DNA of 64,000 nucleotides from NCBI GenBank assembly GCA_964356335.1, contig CAYHHI010000003.1:162-64161 (forward strand). The letters are read 5' to 3'. This stretch comes from an uncultured bacterium. GTDB lineage: Bacteria; Arandabacterota; Arandabacteria; Arandabacterales; Arandabacteraceae. Each line of letters starts with the position of its first letter. The stretch's first letter is position 1. Positions 59,105-64,000 of this stretch are shown here, piece by piece. The position numbers and the translations under genes were made by a program. The notes below the pieces were generated by a model. It searched no databases. It was not told the origin of the DNA and saw only the letters and a program-made list of their open reading frames with translations.

Positions 59105-59134
59105 GAAAAAAACGAAGCCGCCCCCCGTCGGCTT
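59105..59134 (-). terminator. Minus-strand rho-independent terminator inside the IS right end
   Basis: Minus strand reads AAGCCGACGGGGGGCGGCTT hairpin followed by CGTTTTTTT. It would terminate the methyltransferase/lipoprotein transcript. Confidence 0.5.
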
Positions 59135-59227
59135 GATGGAGAATTATTTCCCTTGACTCGGGGAGGCCTTATAGGGGTTACGCCTGCTGTGGTGCTGCTG
59201 CCAGCATCGACTGGCGCGCACCACCGT

Positions 59228-59638
59228 TTATGGTCGCACGTAACAAGAGTCGAGCAAGATGGGACCGCTCGACTGCACCTCCACGTAGGCCCAGCCACTG
59301 CCGGCAGGCTCCAGTGCGATAGTGGTCTCGAAGTACTTGAGCTCGCGGGTGCAGTGAGTCCCCTTGGGTGGTGTCCCAGATAGACCTATAGGGCGTAGGA
59401 TCCATCTCGACCCCACCATCTCCGACTCGATTCGCGCGAAGCGATCACAGCAGCATCCCGCGATACCAGAGACAAAAGCATCAATCGCGTGCTCGGCATC
59501 GACTGAATCTGGAACCTGTAGGGTTAACGCGTAGGCCAGAAACTCCTCGGGCTCAGGCTCCGGCTCACTCGTCCCACAACCTGACGATATCACCAGCCAC
59601 ACAAGCGGGATGATCGCCATGCACCGTCTATGGCACAT
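59228..59638 (-). CDS. Hypothetical lipoprotein
   Basis: Lipobox VISSGC after a signal peptide. Confidence 0.4.
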   Translation of the reverse strand: MCHRRCMAIIPLVWLVISSGCGTSEPEPEPEEFLAYALTLQVPDSVDAEHAIDAFVSGIAGCCCDRFARIESEMVGSRWILRPIGLSGTPPKGTHCTRELKYFETTIALEPAGSGWAYVEVQSSGPILLDSCYVRP

Positions 59639-59682
59639 TCCTCAGATGTCTCCTCCGTTCAACCTTCGCCCACCCTCCCGGC

Positions 59683-60402
59683 TCACACCGCCGTGCCAAA
59701 TTGCAGCCGTTGGTTCGCAGCCTCTGGTTGCCTACTACAAACCATGGCGTAAACGTCGCGATCACGGATGATCTTCTGACAAACCCATCCTGTCTTCCTG
59801 ATCATGTCCTCCGCGACGTTGCTCGTGAAGTAAATTCGATCAAACGGCTCACCGGCTTGACCGGCGTATTTGAACCGCAGCGCGTTTCGCATCACTCCGG
59901 GTTGCACATTGCACATCTCCGGTCTGACCTCAACAGAATCGAAGATCAGGACGCCGTTGCACGAGCAACACTGATGGCATTGGCTCAGCAGCGACTCGAC
60001 TCGTGATAGGCTACCCGCAGTGCAGATCGTCCGGTTGAGGAACAGAATCGTGTCCATGGGGGCAAACCTGCTGAGGTTGTCGTACGACTCGACAGAGACC
60101 TTGCTGATTCCCCGCCGCTTGCACAGGGCGATAAGCATGGGATCAATATCAAATCCCGACGCATCTGCGCCTTGGTCTTGCAGATGCTTCAGGATGCGTC
60201 CGGCTCCGCACCCAACGTCGAGAATCCTTCCTCTCGCGTGCTGCAATGCCTCCCGTTCATGCGTGTCTGGCGTCGCTGTAAGATAGAACGCCAGTCCCAA
60301 GGGATGATCTCCCGTCTCGTCCGACACGACGAAACAGCCTTTGGGTTGACCGTCATAGAGATCGGTCAACGCCTCACCGAACAATATCCGTTTACCCGTC
60401 AT
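59683..60402 (-). CDS. Class I SAM-dependent methyltransferase
   Basis: ILDVGCGAGRIL motif I and DIDPMLI motif II. Confidence 0.75.
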   Translation of the reverse strand: MTGKRILFGEALTDLYDGQPKGCFVVSDETGDHPLGLAFYLTATPDTHEREALQHARGRILDVGCGAGRILKHLQDQGADASGFDIDPMLIALCKRRGISKVSVESYDNLSRFAPMDTILFLNRTICTAGSLSRVESLLSQCHQCCSCNGVLIFDSVEVRPEMCNVQPGVMRNALRFKYAGQAGEPFDRIYFTSNVAEDMIRKTGWVCQKIIRDRDVYAMVCSRQPEAANQRLQFGTAV

Positions 60403-60416
60403 CTTCTATTCCTGCG

Positions 60417-60513
60417 AACGGTGTGGCTGAGCGGCGGGCGGAGGCGGCGGGGCTGTTGCCCGCCTCTCACCGCAAGAGCCATGCGGCCGAAGCCACGTCC
60501 GCTCAAGCCACTT
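60417..60513. repeat. R-element copy 5
   Basis: GAACGGTGTGGCTGAGCGGCGGGCGG...CAAGAGCC...CTCAAGCCACTTG. Lies 15 nt upstream of the methyltransferase start and downstream of the Mrr-like gene stop. Confidence 0.65.
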
Positions 60514-60559
60514 GTTGGCGATCGCGACTGCTGTGATTCCGAGACAGCGGCGTAACATG

Positions 60560-62248
60560 CTAAGCATTCCCTTCGGCCTTCCTCTCGTCGGCTAGAACTT
60601 GCTTGGCAGCCCTGAGATCGATTATGGCCTTGTGACCATGTTTTTCCAAGAGGTGGAGTAGGTTTGATCCACTGAGAAGGGTGAGCGGTTTCCCCTTCGC
60701 AAAGGCGTATGCGTCTGGGCCATAGTCTGCGGTGGTGACCAAGATTCCCTTGGTCGCACCTTCGTTGACCACGGTGCCGTAGAGGTCTCGCACTGCCGAG
60801 ACACCAACGGTATTTGTATATCGCTTGGCCTGGATCACGATCTTTCCTCCTCGTATCGGGTCGGGATCGAAGGCAATGGCATCAACCCCGCCGTCTCGGC
60901 TGGCTTGTGTGATCTTGACCTCCCCGCCGCCTTGCGAGAACTCTTTCTCGAAGATCTCACGAATGAGATGCTCAAAATCCTCCCAATCCATCGCGGCAAG
61001 ATTAGTAGACTGGTCGACTTCTCCGACCACTGAGTACGATGACACGAATCGCTTGTCCTCTCTGTTCAGCTGCAATATCGGAGCAATGGGAGACAGGCCG
61101 TGCAACTTGCTGCTTCCAACACCCTTGAGGGTCTTGAAGCAGATTTTCGGTTCAACATGCCTGAGGTCGACCCCTTGGAACTCGCTACGCGGGGCTTGAA
61201 CGGACAAGACACAGACCGTTATGGGCTTGCCGGTTCCCTTGTCGATCGAGCGAACCCAGCCGTTGAAAACCACTCCGGCAATGGCCTCGGTCTGGTCGGA
61301 CTCATATACCTCATGCACTGTTCTGAGAGCAATCTGATACAGAAGACTATCATATAGCTTGTTGAACGCGGCCTCCTGGATATGGACTTCAGCGAATTCA
61401 TCTTTTGACGCTACGTACTTGACCTCTCTCAGGGTCGGGATATCCTCGGGAGCGGGCAAGAAGTAATCGATGACAAGGGTCTTTGTCTCTGCCTGATAAT
61501 CTAGATTCCACTCCTGCGGGAACGTATCGGGATACTGAGAATTGGAGAGCACCATTTCGCAGTATTCAGCTATGGCTTGTGGCTCCAGCGCGAAATAGGC
61601 CTTCTTCCTCTCCAGAATGGCCTCGTTCTTCTCAGCTTGCGCGAGCTGGTATTGGCGCTGTTCTTCCTCCCACCGCTTCAGGTTCGACGCGTAGTCCTCT
61701 TCAATCTTCTTGTTCTTCGTCTGCACTTCAGAGACTTCCTTGTTCCAGCCTTGGTGTGCGACAGTGAGCCTCTCATGGGCTTGCTGTTCAGCCTTTTGCC
61801 GGAGCCCGCCGAAAAGAGCGTAGTACCACTTGCGGGCCGGTCGGAACTGGTGATCAGACTCCTTGGGCTCCGTCGGGAGGGGATGTGGTTCGGGCTTCTT
61901 GGGGCGAGGGGTAGGGAAGGCTGTATTGTCGAGTAGCGACTCCCACGCAATGCGATCGTCCACCTGTAGCGTGTGGAGCAGTGTTTGCTCGATTCTCGCA
62001 ATGGCCTCTTGGGCCTCCGCTGTGCGTTGGGCAGCCAGATTCTTCTTTGCTTCCTTCTCACGGGCTGACGCCTCTTTGGCCGATCGTGCCTGCTCGACTG
62101 CTTGCTTCTTCTCCCACATCTCGTCCCACACCCGCCGCTGAGCTTGTGCCTGCTGCTCTACCACGTTTCGATCCGTGCCTCTGATGAGTCGATACTTGTG
62201 AAGGCCGTCATGACTGACCTCAATTCGATAAGGTGCATACCCGGGCAT
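60560..62248 (-). CDS. Mrr-cat (restriction endonuclease-like PD-(D/E)xK) domain protein with long coiled-coil N-terminal region
   Basis: C-terminal WEDFEHLIREIFEK...GGVDAIAF...IVIQAKRY matches the Mrr catalytic domain D...(E/Q)xK pattern. The N-terminal ~350 aa are K/E/Q-rich coiled-coil. Confidence 0.7.
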   Translation of the reverse strand: MPGYAPYRIEVSHDGLHKYRLIRGTDRNVVEQQAQAQRRVWDEMWEKKQAVEQARSAKEASAREKEAKKNLAAQRTAEAQEAIARIEQTLLHTLQVDDRIAWESLLDNTAFPTPRPKKPEPHPLPTEPKESDHQFRPARKWYYALFGGLRQKAEQQAHERLTVAHQGWNKEVSEVQTKNKKIEEDYASNLKRWEEEQRQYQLAQAEKNEAILERKKAYFALEPQAIAEYCEMVLSNSQYPDTFPQEWNLDYQAETKTLVIDYFLPAPEDIPTLREVKYVASKDEFAEVHIQEAAFNKLYDSLLYQIALRTVHEVYESDQTEAIAGVVFNGWVRSIDKGTGKPITVCVLSVQAPRSEFQGVDLRHVEPKICFKTLKGVGSSKLHGLSPIAPILQLNREDKRFVSSYSVVGEVDQSTNLAAMDWEDFEHLIREIFEKEFSQGGGEVKITQASRDGGVDAIAFDPDPIRGGKIVIQAKRYTNTVGVSAVRDLYGTVVNEGATKGILVTTADYGPDAYAFAKGKPLTLLSGSNLLHLLEKHGHKAIIDLRAAKQVLADERKAEGNA

Positions 62249-62351
62249 ACTTACTCCTCTCGCTCATGCTTCAATCTTCATAGTTCTCCATGTATCGCCA
62301 ACTACTGCGCTCAGCGGCAGGCGCCTTGCGCCTGCCCGCTGGATCGTGTCG

Positions 62352-63599
62352 CTATGTCAATGAACTCGACTGCCAATCGGTCCACTTGGTAGGCCAGGAT
62401 GCATGTAGGTATGGACGTATTATCCCCTCCTGTTCCACGTGGGTCCCTCCCTGTGTCACCTCATCATGGGACACGATAGGGGTTAGCCGCCCAGGTTTGT
62501 CCGCGTTGGACGAGCCGCCTAAGTAAGTGATAAACCGTTTGACCGGTCTGCCTTCGCCAGCGGCCAGTAAGCGTCGCGTGATGACATCGGTAATGTTATC
62601 TCGTAATAGCGGACTCAGCACATTCAGCATTGCCTCACCGGCGACGTTGTCGACAACGGAATGAATCATCATGTCACACGTGGGCTCCTTCACGCTATAT
62701 GTGGCGTAGGACACTAGGGCCGAATCCCCAAGGTGCCAGGTGCGAGTCTCCAGCGTGAGCCCCAGGTTGAAAGACTCCGGGCCGCTCAAGATTGCTGACT
62801 TTCGCGCTCTGTCCAATTCGGCGAATTGTGATTCCACCTCCTCGTACGAGCGCCCTGTGGCCTCGCCAGCATGCGCGAGTAGCCGTAGCAATGCCGCCGC
62901 TGGTTGATATTCGTGCGGTAGTGATTCCCATCGCGAGGGGACCATGATAGAGGAAGGCGCAGCTAGATCCTTCAGAGCTGAGTAATGCTCCTGCCGGAGA
63001 GCATAGGAGAGTTTCACACGAATAGGGGCGAGCGTTCCTCCATCATAGGTGACCAATGCTCGTTTCTTGAAAGTGAGGTAAAGGAGGTCGCGAAGTATGG
63101 GCTGTAGCTTCTCAGCAAGTATCGCCGCATCAATGTCTGCAATTGGTCTCCCGAGAGCACACAATATCCCTCTCAGAACGACCCTTAGGCCGTCGCCAGT
63201 GGAGACGGCAAGACGATCGGCTAGAGGAGGGGAGAAACGTCGAACGCCCTCAGCGTCCACCTCATGCCAAACGGGCAGAATCAGATGGGTGCCCTCGGCC
63301 GTCTCACGTGCCACTATTCCGTCCAACTCGCGCTGGGGCCATTGCTTGGCAAAGAAATGAGGGCTAAGAACGACGATGGCACGGTCGCATGTTGCGAGCC
63401 CCTCGTCTATTCGCCTTCGAATGCTGTCGCCGACCGAGAGGGTGAATTCATCATACCAGACCGGTACGCCACGCTCCCGCAATGCACGTGCCAACGGGCC
63501 GACAATCGCAGTCTTGTCCTCAGAGGCGTGAATAACAAAAACCCCGGACCGGGGCGCTTGGCTCGAACTGTGTTCCGCTGATCTTGCTGCGTCGTTCAT
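62352..63599 (-). CDS. TIR-domain protein with an uncharacterised ~260-aa C-terminal domain
   Basis: N-terminal VFVIHASEDK...VPVWYDEFTLSVGDSI...AIVVLSPHFFAKQWPQRELDGI is a TIR fold with the conserved Glu of NADase-type TIRs (W..REL). The C-terminal domain was not recognised. Confidence 0.7.
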   Translation of the reverse strand: MNDAARSAEHSSSQAPRSGVFVIHASEDKTAIVGPLARALRERGVPVWYDEFTLSVGDSIRRRIDEGLATCDRAIVVLSPHFFAKQWPQRELDGIVARETAEGTHLILPVWHEVDAEGVRRFSPPLADRLAVSTGDGLRVVLRGILCALGRPIADIDAAILAEKLQPILRDLLYLTFKKRALVTYDGGTLAPIRVKLSYALRQEHYSALKDLAAPSSIMVPSRWESLPHEYQPAAALLRLLAHAGEATGRSYEEVESQFAELDRARKSAILSGPESFNLGLTLETRTWHLGDSALVSYATYSVKEPTCDMMIHSVVDNVAGEAMLNVLSPLLRDNITDVITRRLLAAGEGRPVKRFITYLGGSSNADKPGRLTPIVSHDEVTQGGTHVEQEGIIRPYLHASWPTKWTDWQSSSLT

Positions 63600-63630
63600 T
63601 GTGCGTAGCTCCGTGGCATAACGGTGCCGC

Positions 63631-64000
63631 CTAGCTGATCCATATCTCAGTCACGAGCGCGCGGATAAATCGATCTACCCGCTGGAACTCTCCACGCCCG
63701 GCAAGGTCAAGTAGCGCTATAACCGCTGTGTCATCAAGGGGAATGACCAAACCCCGCTCGTCGCGGAATGTGTCCCGGCAACGTTCTGCGAAAAGGGCGC
63801 GATTCTCAAACTGCCTGCAACAAATGATCCCGACCTTCCCGCGCTGGCGGGAGAACCTCCCAGATATCTGATCGAGCTCCGGGTTGGCGATATCACGGCG
63901 GTAGTTCTTGCACTCAATCATGACGTAATCGCACGGCACATGCCGGAGATCGCGGAGATCTGCGAAGATTCCCCGACGCGCCCCGTTCTCCATCACAATG
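63631..64000 (-). CDS. PD-(D/E)xK nuclease-like protein, C-terminal part only (gene continues beyond the window end)
   Basis: DYVMIECKNY is the D-x(n)-E-x-K restriction-endonuclease-fold core. No start codon within the window. Confidence 0.4.
   Translation of the reverse strand, partial: IVMENGARRGIFADLRDLRHVPCDYVMIECKNYRRDIANPELDQISGRFSRQRGKVGIICCRQFENRALFAERCRDTFRDERGLVIPLDDTAVIALLDLAGRGEFQRVDRFIRALVTEIWIS

Larger units (their letters stand above)
58213..59168 (+). mobile_element. Decayed IS110-family insertion sequence (~956 bp) with 9-bp terminal inverted repeats GGCCTCCCC / GGGGAGGCC
   Basis: Intact N-terminal DEDD-domain ORF (58283..58693; YCGVDLHVKSMYVCIL, RBS AAAGGAGG). The C-terminal transposase half is frameshifted with stops. 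The ends are inverted repeats. Confidence 0.6.

Noticed and set aside
1-64000. CRISPR arrays, rRNA and tRNA genes
   Set aside because: No regularly spaced short direct repeats and no rRNA- or tRNA-like sequences were seen on reading the window.

Overview
This is a GC-rich (about 60%+) bacterial chromosomal window, probably from an uncultivated FCB-superphylum-like organism. Several secreted proteins end in T9SS/Por-type C-terminal sorting domains, which is the basis for that guess. The left 53 kb is mostly housekeeping and accessory metabolism. It holds a DUF35/thiolase pair and a CoxMSL-ordered molybdo-flavo-FeS oxidoreductase of the xanthine dehydrogenase family, followed by DUF2877, FdrA and DUF1116 (an AllH/AllF/AllG-like oxamate carbamoyltransferase trio). 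After these come a cyclase, a diheme cytochrome c peroxidase operonic with a Cyc2-like fused cytochrome-porin, an NfeD/stomatin pair, two tandem papain-like (C1) peptidases with T9SS tails, an M23 peptidase, TPM/LemA, a GT4 glycosyltransferase, a MATE pump and a histidine ammonia-lyase. Further along are PAP2, DUF1028, TspO, DUF523, a bacterioferritin-like protein and a GNAT. A sulfur-trafficking cluster follows (DsrC-type protein, HdrE/DsrM-like and HdrD/DsrK-like subunits, SufS-like cysteine desulfurase), then an MFS transporter, a B12 radical SAM enzyme and an ABC-2 exporter. The right 11 kb (about 53-64 kb) is an accessory defence/mobile island carried entirely on the minus strand. It contains a CPBP/Abi protease, two SAM methyltransferases, VapBC and two decayed IS110-family elements. 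At its end sits a three-gene cassette of a PD-(D/E)xK nuclease (partial), a TIR-domain protein and a coiled-coil plus Mrr-cat nuclease. A previously undescribed ~95-nt repeat with imperfect inverted termini and a hairpin showing compensatory base changes lies in the 5' region of at least five consecutive island genes. Other oddities are a near-identical 150-bp tandem repeat between the two protease genes, matching G-tract low-complexity insertions in two adjacent oxidoreductase subunits, and a shared extreme C-terminal TWGxIKALF tail on two Cys-rich secreted proteins. No rRNA, tRNA or CRISPR array was seen.
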